64,000 bases of DNA. It comes from Klebsormidium nitens (Eukaryota > Plantae > Klebsormidiophyceae). The DNA is taken from assembly GCA_000708835.1 (NCBI GenBank), contig DF237037.1:151988-215987 (forward strand), written 5' to 3'. Shown here piece by piece: positions 13,301 to 25,098 of the stretch. The position numbers were made by a program, and so were the translations under genes. The stretch's first letter is position 1. Every line of letters begins with the position of its first letter. The notes beneath the pieces are model-generated. The model saw only the letters and a program-made list of their open reading frames with translations. It did not search any database and was not told the DNA's origin.

Positions 13301-16300
13301 CGGCTAGTGGGAGGAGACGGTGAAAGATTCCCAAACACTGCCCTGCGTTGATTATACTTACTGTGATCTGTTCCGTCCCTTGGATGAGCGACTCCTCGAC
13401 TTTGACCTGACCTCGAACACGATGAAAGCATCTGGGTGTGGCATCTTGATTGATTGGCGTTTCAGGAATAAAAGGTGCCTCTAACAGAAGTTGAACTCTT
13501 TGCGTCCCGTTCTTGCGTATTTTGAGCGCCTACACTTCTAGTGATCCTCGTTGATCGGGCGGTCGTGGTCAGCTCTACGGCCGTCACACATTTGGTCGCT
13601 CTGCTTGTGTCGTTTAGTCAAGCTTCGACCGTTGTTCGGCCTTCGAAACGGTTCACTCCTGATAGAACCTGAGAGGCAATGTTCAGGCCTCTTTCCAATG
13701 CGTATAAGCACGTATATCATCCAGGTCGAAGTCTTCAGATAGACTCAAGGTAGTTTCGAAACTCTCGCAAACATAGGCCCCTGAAAGCTTTTCTCGAGGG
13801 AGTCTCTGCTAAGTCCGAAAGCCTTCACCAAACGTTTGTGTTTTCCTCCGTTCCAGATCCGGCTCAATAGTCGGTTCGCGGCAGTTCTCGTGAACGGCCG
13901 CATTGAGTTGCACACGCTGAGCAGCCCCGGGGAAACGCCAACCGACCCGGAAGAGGCTCCTCCGCCGCACTTCACCCTCCCGGAAGGCGACCAAGTGGGC
14001 ACAGACACAATAACCACTGTCGCCCTCACAGAGGCGTCTCTCATCTGCGCAACCTCGGGGGGGGAAGTACTATACTACTTTCTCGACCCCCATACCGGGC
14101 CGGCATTGATAAACGAATGCAAGCACCCGGGGGGGAAAATCCACAGGCTCTCCTCCAACCCGCTCGGGACACGTGTCGCGCTGCTGGATGGCCACGGGGC
14201 CGTCGTTCTGTACAACCCGGTCACGGACGAAGCGCTCCCGGTACCAACCGGACAGAACGTTGAAGCGGTTCTTTGGGATTTGTGCGACCCCGGGGTGTTC
14301 TTCGTCGTCGAACCGGGCCAGATTGTCTGCCACGTGTACTCCCCGGTAACGGTCTCTAGTCCAACGATAACGGTAGTCGGCGCGACGCCGCGGCCGCTCG
14401 GTCACTGCCCGATTACCGTCTACCACGGGGTGGTCACGTGCCTGGTGCAGGGCGGGGGTTTGGAGGGGTTTACGCTAACGAGCCACACCCGGTTACAGGG
14501 AACGGAAGCCCGGTTTGCGGAAGCCGGGGCGGAGCGTTTCGAACAGAATCTCGCGCTTTTGAGGCTCAAGCCGGCGTTCATGGAGGCGCTCCTGCTCAAG
14601 AAACAAGACGTAAGCCGTTTCAAATCCTGCTGAACCTTCGGCAAATCGTGGTCGGGCAAAACTTTCCGCAAGTCAGTTTTTAGGTTTTGGAGCTTGTGCG
14701 AGGGTAGATCACGCAGGCTGATCGTAAAGGCTGGTACTTCTACGTTCAAAGTGTACCTGCAATTTATAGCTTCACAAACAAACGTGGAACGAACTCAGGG
14801 ATCGCTGTCGGCCTTTCGAATTGGTTGATCGGTAATCATGGCTCCAGAATACGACGGATGAGACGGTTCTAGAAATGGCCAATCTTCGCAGTCGTCTTTC
14901 GGACCATCGCTCACTACCGCGGTAATTGACGAAGTCAGCACTTACTATCACTCCCTGACATTTCAGGCATTCTGAGGCATCTTCTGATTGTCGTGGTCAC
15001 GCCATCCCTCGGCTACATATGCGGATCGCCCTAGACGGCCATCCCTCACACCAAACCTAAAACGGCAACGAACGCGGTCTCTTGAAGAAACATTACTAGC
15101 TTGTCTTTGCTTAGAACCTCAAACCCTCCCGCTCTTTCACAGGCGTGGGAGCGGCTCGCGCGCGCCGCCCTGCGCGAGCTCGACGTCGACCTGGCCGCGC
15201 GCGCGTTCCGCCAGCTGGGCGACGCGGGGATGGTCCAGAGCCTGCTCGGAATCGCCCACGTGGAGGAAATTCATTTGCTGGCGGGGCACGTGCTGCTTTT
15301 GCTGGGCGAAGACTACGACGCGGCGCAGGAGCGCTTTCTGCAGTCCTCGCGCCCGATCGCGGCGCTGGAGATGCGGAAGGACCTGCGGCAGTGGGACCAG
15401 GTGAGGGGGGGCTTTCCGTGAGTTGATATCCCCCCCCCTTTTCTTTTGTCATCTCTGATTCGGCGCTTGAGATGGCGAAATAATCTGGCAGTGGGACCTA
15501 GGTGAGGAGGGATCCTTTTGTGGGCTGTTTCAGCCCCCGTTTCAAATCTGATGGTGAAGACGCATCGATATTTATGTTTGCTAAGTACGCTGACTTCGTC
15601 GGTCTGCAATCCCTTCTGCCCCGGTGTAAGAATTTTGCTTTTCTTGGACAAGGCACCAGTGAGAGCCAGTCTCAGCTGGTCGTGCGCTCGATTCTGTCAG
15701 AGGAATGGCAAAAGCTTTGACGGCGGCTGCAAAACCGTATTTCCAAGCCGCAGCGCTTTTTTTTACTATCTGCAATTCCTCTCTCGATTTTGAGTCGCCA
15801 TTCTCCCAGGCGCAAGCATGGACCTTCTCTTTGAGGACGACGATCTAGATTCCGGCACCTAAATTGGCCTAAGTCTGGTTCCACGCATTCGAGTTTTGCT
15901 CAAATTGGTAAAGCGACGCAACTTGCATCTCTGGCAGGCCCTCAAATTGGCCCGCCAGCTGGACCCCTCGTCCGTCGGCGACATCAGCCGCGAATACGCG
16001 CAGCTCCTCGAAATGAGGGGGGAGTTCCAGCCCGCCCTGGACTACTACAACCAGGCCCTCGCTTCGGCCACAAACGACGACGAGAAGCGCGCGAGCGCGC
16101 GCGCGGGAGTCGCGCGCGTCACCATCCAGCTAGGAGACGTCAGGCGCGGCCGCCAGCTGGCCCTCGAGTGCGCGAGCGCGCAGCTGTGCCGCGAGTGCGC
16201 GGCGATCCTGGAGGGGATGAATCACATGCAGGTGCGCAGCCGCAATGCGCGGTTTCCAAACCTTCGCTAAACCTTCTCAGCGGCGCTTGGAATGAGGCGC

Positions 16301-19300
16301 GCCTTGGAATCGTCTCGTATCGACTTCGCTCTCTCGTGATTTGAGACCTTTAGACCTGTCCTCAAAGAAGGGCTCCTTTAGAAATTCCATAGTATAGCTG
16401 GAGCTTGTGTAAAAGGTTGTCAAGGACCGCTGATTACCCCGTAAGAGCGAGGCCTTTTATCTATGCGCGCTTTTACTGCTTGACTTCGAAGGACGTCAAG
16501 GAAGTCATTGTCTTGCCGCTTATGAATGTGTTCCGGGGCAAATCCGTTCGTGTTTGGTATTTCAAGCAAGACTGGAGGTTTCGCTGAAGGAAGTTTTCAA
16601 CTTGAGCGAAGATCTAATCCCTTATTCGTAATTTTCACTATCCGGTTGCAGGACGCTGCTGAGCTGTACGAGCGCGGCGGCCAAGAGGAGAAGGCCGCGA
16701 GCATCTACATCGCGACGCGGAACTTCGCGGCCGCGCAGCCGCTGCTCGCGCGCATCTCCGCGCCCAAGCTGCACCTACAGGTAGGCGCAGACAAGCTCTG
16801 CATCTTGGCGGTATTCGGGGGTCGCAACCAGGGTTTTGCTGAAACCTCGGCCTTGGCTTGTGTTAAAGGCTGATTTAATGACCCAGCTATACGGCGTCTC
16901 CAGTCTTCGGTCGAAGCGAACCCCTATCCGATTAATTCTTACACGTTGATTGTTGCGCCGATCTGTTGCCATGGTTGCCATATGGAGCACCACTTACTTC
17001 ACAGTATCCCGTTTATACCTCATCCAAATCTCGAGAGCTTACTCTGAAGCAAACTCAAAGGAGGCTTTGTCCCTCCATCGATGGACATTCTTCGCCCCGT
17101 CGATAGCCTTCATCGATAATTGGTACGCATACTATCCAAACCCTCCCGGCCAGAAACACCTCAACGCTTGTAATATAGATGATTGTTTAGCTAAATATTC
17201 CCCCACTTCCATGCAGTATGCCAAAGCAAAGGAAGCCGATGGCAAGTTCGACGCGGCCGCGGCCGCGTACGAGGCCGCGGGCGAGATGGACCACATGGTG
17301 CGCCTGCTCCTGGGGCCGCTCCAAAACCCCCAGAAAGGGTTCGCGATCGCGCGGGGGACGCGATCGGCCGACGCGGCCGCGATGGCGGCGAAGCACTGCC
17401 TGATGAGCGGGAACTATGCGGAGGCCGTGGAGTTTCTCGTGCTGTCAAAGCGGTGAGGGCTTGAATGCAGGAAATCTTCGGTCTTAGATATATTGCGGTC
17501 GATCGTGTGCACACAAGTCCATGCAGGGCAGAGCGACGTACCGCAAAACTAGGAGCGAAGGCAAGTGTATCGCGCCTAGAAGAGGGTTGTCACTTCGTAC
17601 GTAGACTTTCCGTTCCATAGGTCATGGCCTCAGTGAGTTCTGCCTTGTACGGGTCCTCTTACTTTTCAGGAAACCATTCTGTTCTTTGAGTATGAAGCGG
17701 CGGGTTCCTTGGCGCGTTGTAGTTATCTACATACGATAACACGTCTGGCTGACCTGTTAAGCAGCCTCCAAAATGGCGATACGACAAAGCTCGGAAGTCT
17801 GTCAATCTGGCTTTGGAACGGTACCTTAGAATGCGTCTCTTCGTGTGCTTAAGCATCCAACAGCTCATCTTCTAAGATCCTCGAATTTTTGCGCGGTTGA
17901 GCCTTCCACACCCCTTCTTCTGGAATCCCGAAACCCTTCTCGCCCGCGCAGGCCCGAGGAGGCGTTCGAGCTCATGCAGACTCAAGGAGATTGGAAACTC
18001 TACTTTCAGAAATTCTGTCTTTCGCGCGCGCGCGCAGGCCCGAGGAGGCGTTCGAGCTCGCGCAAATTCGAGACGAACAAGAATCTCGCACCTCTGCTTC
18101 TAGAAAGTTTTCAACGTTCCGCGCGCGCGCAGGCCCGAGGAGGCGTTCGAGCTCGCGCAGACGCACGACACGATGGACGCGTACGCAGCGCTCGTGGCCG
18201 ACGGCGCGGCGCCCGACGGAACCCTGCGCCTCGCCAAGTACTACGAGAGCCGAACGGCCTTTGGCAAAGCGGCGCGCTTTTACGACAAGTGTGGGCAGGC
18301 GAAGCAGGCGCTGAGGCTGTATCTGCGGAGCGGGGCTGAGGGCGACATCGAACAGGTGACGTCCGCGCTTTGAAGTGTCCCCGGTACTTGGAGCGAGGCG
18401 TCAAAGTTAGTGTTTTGTCTGACCGCTCTGCAAAAGTAGGAAGAGTGCAGTGATTCGATACATACAACAAGAAGGCGCAAACACAGGAGGAAAGCATTCG
18501 GCGCCTCAACTGGCAGATAACAAACTCGACGCGTCAAGCTCGACGTTTTGCCATAAATGTCACAATTCGATCGCGGAACACGAGTTGAACGGCTCGACTA
18601 GGTGTTTTCATGCAGTATGCATTATACCCGTATCACTTTGAAACGCATAACTGTCTTCATGAACCGTCTTTAAGCATCCAGGGTTTGAAAATCGAGTGGC
18701 GACCATTTCGCAGGCGATCGAGATGGTTGGTCGCCGCAAGGACGACGAGCTGACGGGGCAGCTGGTTGACTACTTGGTGGAAGGCGCCGAGCAGACGCTG
18801 AAGAACCACAACCTGCTTTTCAAGCTGCACCTGGAGCTCGGGGACTTCGTCCAGGCGGCCAAAATGGCCGTGCTCATAGCGCGGCAGGAGCAGGTGCGTT
18901 TGAATGCCATAACCGGGGGCGCCGTTTTGCAGAAACATAAAAGTTTTTCGGAAGGTTGTGGGTTATGGGTTTGACACGCCGAAAAAAAGTTAGGAAGAGG
19001 TCGCCTGACGCAAAGGGAGATATACCAAAAGAAGCTATTCAGATCGAAGTAACGTGATTCAAGAAAGAAGGCCCGTGCTTCCGTATTTGGATGAGAGGAC
19101 CATGCAAACAGGTTTCGGTTCCGTGCTTCTATGATTGCTTGCGTAGCTTCCGGGCCTTTCTCTTCAGGAAAGTCCGGGCCTTTCAGGAGAAGACAACTAT
19201 GTTTACCCCCTCAAAACACTCTTGTCTTCTCCATCTGTTAATCAACGCGCCATTAAACAGTGTCCTCTTGAAGTTAATTACCGCCCACGGCCTCCGGATT

Positions 19301-22300
19301 CTAAAACGAATATAAGATGCTCATTTTCGGCGACCACTTGCAGGAGGCCGGCAACTACAAGGTCGCCCACACGCAGCTGCTGCAGACTTTCTTAGAGCTG
19401 CAGAGTCACGGCCGGCGGCCCCCTTCGGAGCTCAGCCGCCAATTGATGCTGCTGCACTCGTACGTGCTGGTCAAGACGCTGGTGAAACTGGGCGACCACG
19501 AGTGAGTGATTTGGCCTTATTTGTCGCCTAATAAGTTAGAAGAAGTCGCCAATTGGTGTTTCTGCACTCGTACGTGCTCTTGAAGACGCAGGTCAAACCG
19601 GGCGACCACGAGTGAGTAATCTGGCTTTCTTGGTCGCCTCATGATGTAGAAGCAGCCGCCAATTGATGTTGCCTCACTCGTACGTGCTTGTAAACACGCT
19701 CTTCAAGTTGGGCGACCAAATGCGAGTGTTGTGGCTGCTTTCTGTAGCCCTTTCCCTCTTCAAAAGCCGTCGTCAGACTTGCCGCTGCACACTGGGCGAT
19801 GACGGCTGAGCAATCTGACTCTCTTTTTGCTTGACTCTATAAGTGTATCGCCAACTCGTACGCGCTCGTTAAGACGCTGGTCAAGTAGGGCGACCACGAG
19901 TGAGTGACTCGGATGTCTTTGTCGCCTTCTTCCTTTTATACTGAGAAGCAGCCGTAAGCTTTGTCTCCAGCCGCCAGCCTTGCCGCCATTATCAACCCCT
20001 TATCTCACTGGCGCGCATGCGACATCCGAGTAATTCACGCCAACCTGGCCTTAGTACGATTCCCGCCCCTCTCCCTCAAGGACCCCCCCTTAGTTCCCCG
20101 CATATCTCCAACCCCCAGGTCCGCCGCGCGCATGCTGATCCGCGTGTCCCGCGACAATCTTGTCCAGAAACAGGTTACCACTCGTTTTTGCCAAGGACCC
20201 TCCCTGGATTCCCCGCCATTCTCGACCCCCCAGGCCCGCTACGCGCATGCACAATCACATCTGGCATGCCAATATTACTTGGATGTACAATCCACTCGAA
20301 TACTTCCACTTATCTCCCCGACATCCACCCCCCCAGGTCCACTGCGTGGATGCTGACCCGCGTGTCGCGCAATGTCTCTGATGAATGCAGATCTCGCTTC
20401 TTGGTCAAGGACCCCTCCTCAAAATCCCCGCCATTCTCACCCCCCCAGGTCCGCCGTGCGCATGCTGATCGGCGTGTTGCGCAACACCTCAAATGTCACA
20501 TAGTCAACTTCAATACCTTAGTCTCGAGGACCCCCCCTAAACCGTACCCCGACCCCTACCACTNNNNNNNNNNNNNNNNNNNNNNNNNNNNNNNNNNNNN
20601 NNNNNNNNNNNNNNNNNNNNNNNNNNNNNNNNNNNNNNNNNNNNNNNNNNNNNNNNNNNNNNNNNNNNNNNNNNNNTTCAATCCTTGCTCGAGGACCCCC
20701 CCCCTAAATCCCCCCGCCATACCCATCTCCCCAGGTCCGCTGCGCGCATGCTGATCCGCGTGTCGCGCGACTACCTGGCCTGATTAGACATTCGGCTCAG
20801 AGGCCTCAAGGGCCCCCCCTTATTTTCTTGCAATTTCTCTCCCCCAGGTCCGCCGCGGGCATGCTGATTTGGGTGTCGCACGAAAACCTTTGCCTAAACA
20901 TACGTTTTACTCATTTTTGATAAGGGACCCCCCCTAAAATTTCCCGCCGTTCCCACCCCCCAGGTCCGCCGCGCGCATGCTGATCCGCGTGTCGCGCAAC
21001 ATCTCCAAGTTCCCCGCGCACGTGGTGCCCATCCTCACCTCCACCGTCATCGAGTGCCAGCGCTCAGGGCTGCGCAACACCGCCTTCGAATACGCGTCCA
21101 TGTTAATGCGCCCCGAGTACCGGTGAGTTGGGACCTTACAGAAGCCTTTGGAATTCGGCACCCGAACTGGCGATACTTTGGCGCTCATGCGGCCAGAGTA
21201 CCGGTTGGGCGAAGGTACTGGCAGAAATGTTTCGACGGTGACTGCGATACTCAGAGTTCCTGTGACACTTAGAGTATTGGAGTTTTGGAGTTTGGGGAAA
21301 GTGGATATGGGGTGGCCAGATTGTCGTTTTCAAGGTCCCAGAAAGCGGGAAGCCCAGACTTGAGGAGCCACGGTAACCTCTGCGAGGTCGCTCATTCAAC
21401 TTTCCCCGCAAAGAAGGTAACGTCGGTGGGACTACACGCGGAAAATGTCTGCGTGCAGCGTTGGTACTAGCTCTCTGAGGATTGGACTGGGTGTTCAACA
21501 GTCTGCAAAGGGAGTATCGCAGCCAGGCACGGCCATACCTCCAAAACGTCTCTCACCGTCCCTTGTCTTGTAATGACTCCACGTGGCGTCCGACGTGTCG
21601 TACAATGGACACCTTGAATCCCCAAGGGCCAAACCATCTACTCAATCAAGCCCCATGCTTCGGTTCGGGCTTTGAAATTTAATGTATGTGTGTAATCAAT
21701 CTTCCATCTTTTTCCATAGGGCCTCCATTGCGGCCGCGTACAAGAAGAAGATCGAGGACGTGGTGCGCCGGCGCGAGCGCGGCGACGAGGCCGACGAGCC
21801 CGCGGCCGCGTGCCCGCACTGCGCGGCCGCGATCCCGGCGACGCAGCTCGAGTGCCCCTCGTGCAAGAACAGCCTCCCGTACTGCGTCGCCACGGGGCGC
21901 CACATGGTGCTCGGGGATTGGACCACGTGTCCCGAGTGCACGTTCCCCGCGCTTGCGAGCGAACTCACCAAGGTACGAAGCGAGTCGTCCGTTCCAGACT
22001 TCAAAGTGCTCTCTCTTGGCAATGCAAGTATTTTCCGTTCATTTGCTTTCCCCTAGCTGCGTTTACAATCCTGGCTTTTACAATTTGGGACTTCAAGGGT
22101 TTCAGGGTTGAGTTTAAAGTACAGGAGTAGCTGCGGTGTGTCTTTCTTTCCTGCCGAGATGCTTATGCTGACGTCAGCAAGACACACAATGTTCGCCAGC
22201 GTCTTGCGAAATATGCAGCGCCCTCCAATGTCACTGGGCTTGTATCAGCGCCCTTGTGCGCGCGCGCACCTGCCACAACGAATTCTCTTTTGCGCACTGT

Positions 22301-22562
22301 CAACCGGTCCTTTTTCTTTCCAAGCTTCTTTGCTGCTCGGCAACTTTCCAGGATGTAAGTTGCGAGTCCCTGCAAAAGCAGCGGTGGACATGACGCGTGT
22401 CCGAATGCGGGATGCCGTCGGTACTGACACGTGTCGTGCGTCGTGAAGGTGCTGGAGCTGGACGGCTGCTGTCCGATGTGTTCCGCGCGGCTGGATCCGT
22501 CCGCGCTGCAACTGGTGAGCGGAACGTTCGTTGTCTTTTCCTGTGTTACGTTGTCTCGATAA
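7388..22562 (+). CDS. WDR19: WD repeat protein 19 / intraflagellar transport protein IFT144 (IFT-A), ~1360-1375 aa, at least 22 exons
   Basis: Exons 7388-7390 (ATG only), 7734-7832, 8380-8540, 9178-9340, 9752-9880, 10163-10240, 10468-10587, 11091-11216, 11733-11834, 12317-12529, 12950-13123, 13857-14609, 15143-15400, 15938-16231, 16652-16780, 17217-17452, 18133-18355, 18714-18893, 19344-19501, 20964-21122, 21720-21972, 22449-22514 (or read through to the stop at 22562). All phases join. Collinear with WDR19 as recalled: [90 protein letters not shown]-terminal CPMC. Confidence 0.96.
8160..8392 (+). repeat. 57-bp tandem repeat (4 units) formed by amplification of the WDR19 exon-3 acceptor junction
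   Basis: Unit gcagtatcttatgcaatttgtttcatcaacccgttcgcatactgcagcgcagggtct; each unit contains actgcag/cgcagggtctgca and the last unit is the functional actgcag/cggagggtctgcatc at 8379/8380. Confidence 0.9.
9001..9085 (+). repeat. Intronic echo of WDR19 exon-4 acceptor and 5' part
   Basis: cag/gcaatagtcgatctgctgtatgcgccagcgacggaaggagcggaccacggtggagaacgg versus cag/gtactcaatcctgctgtatgcgccggcgacgaaggaacgcaccaaagtggagaccgg. Confidence 0.85.
12115..12176 (+). repeat. Intronic echo of WDR19 exon-10 acceptor
   Basis: ccaccttcatttgcag/gagatcaagtccgtaccagctgacgctcgacgcgggcgc versus ccaccttcgtttgcag/gagattaagtccgaccagctgacgctcgacgcgggcgc at 12301-12352. Confidence 0.9.
13203..13224 (+). repeat. Short echo of WDR19 exon-11 donor
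   Basis: atgttcaggag/gtgcgctt versus gacgtccaggag/gtgcgctt. Confidence 0.65.
15468..15511 (+). repeat. Echo of WDR19 exon-13 donor
   Basis: gagatggcgaaataatctggcagtgggacctag/gtgaggaggg versus gagatgcggaaggacctgcggcagtgggaccag/gtgagggggg. Confidence 0.8.
17940..18075 (+). repeat. Two echoes of WDR19 exon-17 acceptor (period ~86-95 bp)
   Basis: cgcgcag/gcccgaggaggcgttcgagctc occurs identically with acceptors at 17951, 18037 and the functional 18132. Confidence 0.92.
19502..19950 (+). repeat. Three 110-bp-type echoes of WDR19 exon-19 3' end and donor
   Basis: cgccaattg..cactcgtacgtgct..aagacgc.ggt.aaac.gggcgaccacga/gtgagt recurs at ~19547, ~19657 and ~19850. Confidence 0.92.
19995..20963 (+). 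repeat. Array of at least 6-7 echoes (~110-115 bp) of WDR19 exon-20 acceptor, interrupted by an assembly gap
   Basis: cccccag/gtccgccgcgcgcatgctgatccgcgtgtcgcgcaac-like units with acceptors at 20118, 20233, 20336, 20448, 20734, 20847 and the functional one at 20963. Confidence 0.93.
20564..20676. other. Assembly gap (113 N) inside the junction-echo array
   Basis: Run of N in the sequence. Confidence 0.99.
21178..21210 (+). repeat. Echo of WDR19 exon-20 donor
   Basis: gcg ctc atg cgg cca gag tac cg/gttggg versus atg tta atg cgc ccc gag tac cg/gtgagttggg. Confidence 0.75.
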
Positions 22563-24593
22563 TCCATCGCAGACTGTTGGCGCGCTGCTCCATGCTTGGA
22601 CCGGGGCCTTTGCGGCTACCTCTCCCAAGACGTTTCGGTTTCTTTCTCTAAGACCACCAAACGGCGAGATTGTTATGGTAGTAATCGTGTGTATTGTTCT
22701 GCATCTGTGATTATCCGATCTATTCGCTGTCAGCTCGATATAGTGGATCCCGTCAAGTATCATAGCCCATTTCAAGGCAATGCAGGCTTTCGCAGATCTG
22801 ACGTTAGCCGCTCATTAAACAACGCTTCGCAAGCTTCAAAGACAAACCCTCGTGTCCATCTCAGGAATATCAGGACCGAAGATACTACCAACTCCAGAGC
22901 GAGCGCTGTGTCCTCCCAGAGTCGTCGTGCCACGTGCTCTTACTCTTTTCAGTTCAGTTCGCCGCCTCTTCGGCGCCTCAGACTGGTCCTCTCTCTCTGC
23001 AGTTGGCCAATCCTCTGGCGGGCCTCAGGAAGAATGCCTGACGCCCCGTGACGTCAGGATGTCTTGTAAGTTGGCTGCTTCCTGTTGGATAGGCGCACAG
23101 CGGGGAAGCGCAGTCACATTCCAAATCCTTCTCTTCAGGTGGGTTGCTTCCCGGGGAATACTTGCGGAGCGCGATCTTGTCACTTTGTTGTACGTAAATA
23201 AGCGGTGATCCAGCGAAGATGCATGCTTTTGGCCCAGAAAAAGTGCGATGAGCGGGTTCGTAAGTCGGTCTGAGTTCCCGTTGATCCTGCCGGCCCGATA
23301 TCCTCATGCTCTGCATACAGTTTGGAGTCTACGTGTCCTGCGCGGCCACTCACATGGCATCTGATCTGCCCGATCCCAATGGAGAACGGTGTTTTTTGCC
23401 CAAGTCCATGGCCGCAGCAAAGAACGTGTTGAATCGTTTGCCGAGCGAACGGAAACATGCCTGCACTGAAAATTTTATCAGATGCTGCTCTCAGTACATG
23501 ATATGTTGCGCCGCCAAGAATCAATGCCAACACCTACATACGTAGCGCGCTCTAAAGAGATGTATTCTTTGACTTGAACCATCGTTACATGAGCACGCGT
23601 AGCCTTGTCGGAAGCAAGTTTGAGATCGTATCTGCCATATATAATATTCCGATATTATCTGTGATATGACATACACATTGCCATATATAGCGCGCACTGG
23701 TCAAATTTGATCATGATCTACTCACCTCATTTTACATACTACGAAGCCTTACCAAAAACAGTTCGAGCAGCGAGATGATCATTCACATGCAGGCTTGGCG
23801 CCGCAGTAACTCAAATTGTTTCATCCTTAGGCCCCTGGCCGCCCAGGGCGGCTAAAAAGTTGTTAACATTTGAGCGCAGAGCCTGGCATGCGCACCGCAT
23901 GACAATGAGTCGCATGCATGAAAGGGTGTTGTGTGGGCGCACTGCACATGAGCTAGCTGAGCGGAACTTGTGTTGATGCATTTTCCGGTAAATTAAGTTG
24001 CAGTTCTTGCTTGAAGACTCAGAGCAAGCCGTGAGAAGCAAATTAATTCACGAGCAAGTATTGCGAGCATGATTCAAAGATATGCCGCCTTAACGAAATC
24101 TGATAGTGAGCCATGCATGAGACAAAAGATGGGCTGCTACGAGGGTGAGTCGCGAACTGAACATATCAAGATGTGGAAGAAAAATTGGTCAAATGTATCA
24201 ATGCTTAGTTAGGCTTGGGAGTTAGTCAAAAGTCTTGCGAGCTGTTGACGGCTATGGCTGGATTAACTGCATGTGTGTCGATTGCCCTTTTGACCCCGGT
24301 CTTGTAGAGCGCAAACCTGACTACAAGTAACAACACCCCAGGCGAACTTATGCGAGAAGTTTCATCAAATGCCTAACGCTAACCATCTGATTCTGCAGAA
24401 GGCTAGCTAAGTTGGCGCACGCTCTATCAGGATCGGGAACCGAGTCCCTGCCTGCAATCAAAATGCGAGCACCGTATGCAAAAGCTTGTTACTATGGTAC
24501 AACTGGGTTAGGGACGCTTGACCCAGTGACAAACGAGGACTGCCGCTGCCTCACAGTTTTGACTCCATTCCCCCAACTCGCGCAGACTTCCTA

Positions 24594-24966
24594 CCCCTAC
24601 GCGTGCAGATAAGTAACCGGTCTTTGCAGACCCCAAGTCTCTACGCGTGCAGATCACTACTCTCCCTACGCGTGCGAATAAAGTAAGCGTGCAAATCAAG
24701 TAAAGCGTGCCACAACACTATGCGTGCAAGTAACGTAAAGCGTGCAAGTAAACTAAGCGTGCAATAAACTACTTTCCCTGCGCGTGCAAACAAACTCCTG
24801 TCCCTGCGCGAGCAAATAGACTACATTCCCTGCGCGTGCAAAGAAAGCTATAACTCTTCCTACGCGTGCGAAAGTAAGCTCCAAAGGGGTCTTGGAAGTC
24901 CCCGTTTTCCTACGCGTGCAAGTCTCCAAACTGGTCTTTGCAGACCATCTATCCCTGCGCGTGCGA
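24594..24966. repeat. Cluster of 13 GCGTGC motifs plus one variant, mostly as CCCT(A/G)CGCGTGCA or AAGCGTGCA, downstream of the HD-Zip stop
   Basis: GCGTGC at ~24601, 24645, 24670, 24687, 24705, 24722, 24740, 24757, 24782, 24834, 24864, 24914, 24958; GCGAGC at ~24808. Confidence 0.9.
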
Positions 24967-25098
24967 TTTCTGCAGCGAAGCGAGGGAGCGGGCAGCCAAA
25001 CTGCGAAGGTCCGGAACAGTCGAGTCTAGTTCTCCTTTCAATTCCTCGTCGCGAAGTGACTATTCCGTTCAGCTCAAGTGACGAGTAGTTCCGCTGCT

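Noticed and set aside
19502-20963. CRISPR-like interpretation of the regularly spaced repeats
   Set aside because: Eukaryotic context, no cas genes, and the units are copies of WDR19 exon-intron junctions with homologous rather than unique spacers.
22596-23545. ORFs downstream of WDR19
   Set aside because: Overlapping on both strands with no motifs; probably 3' UTR or intergenic.
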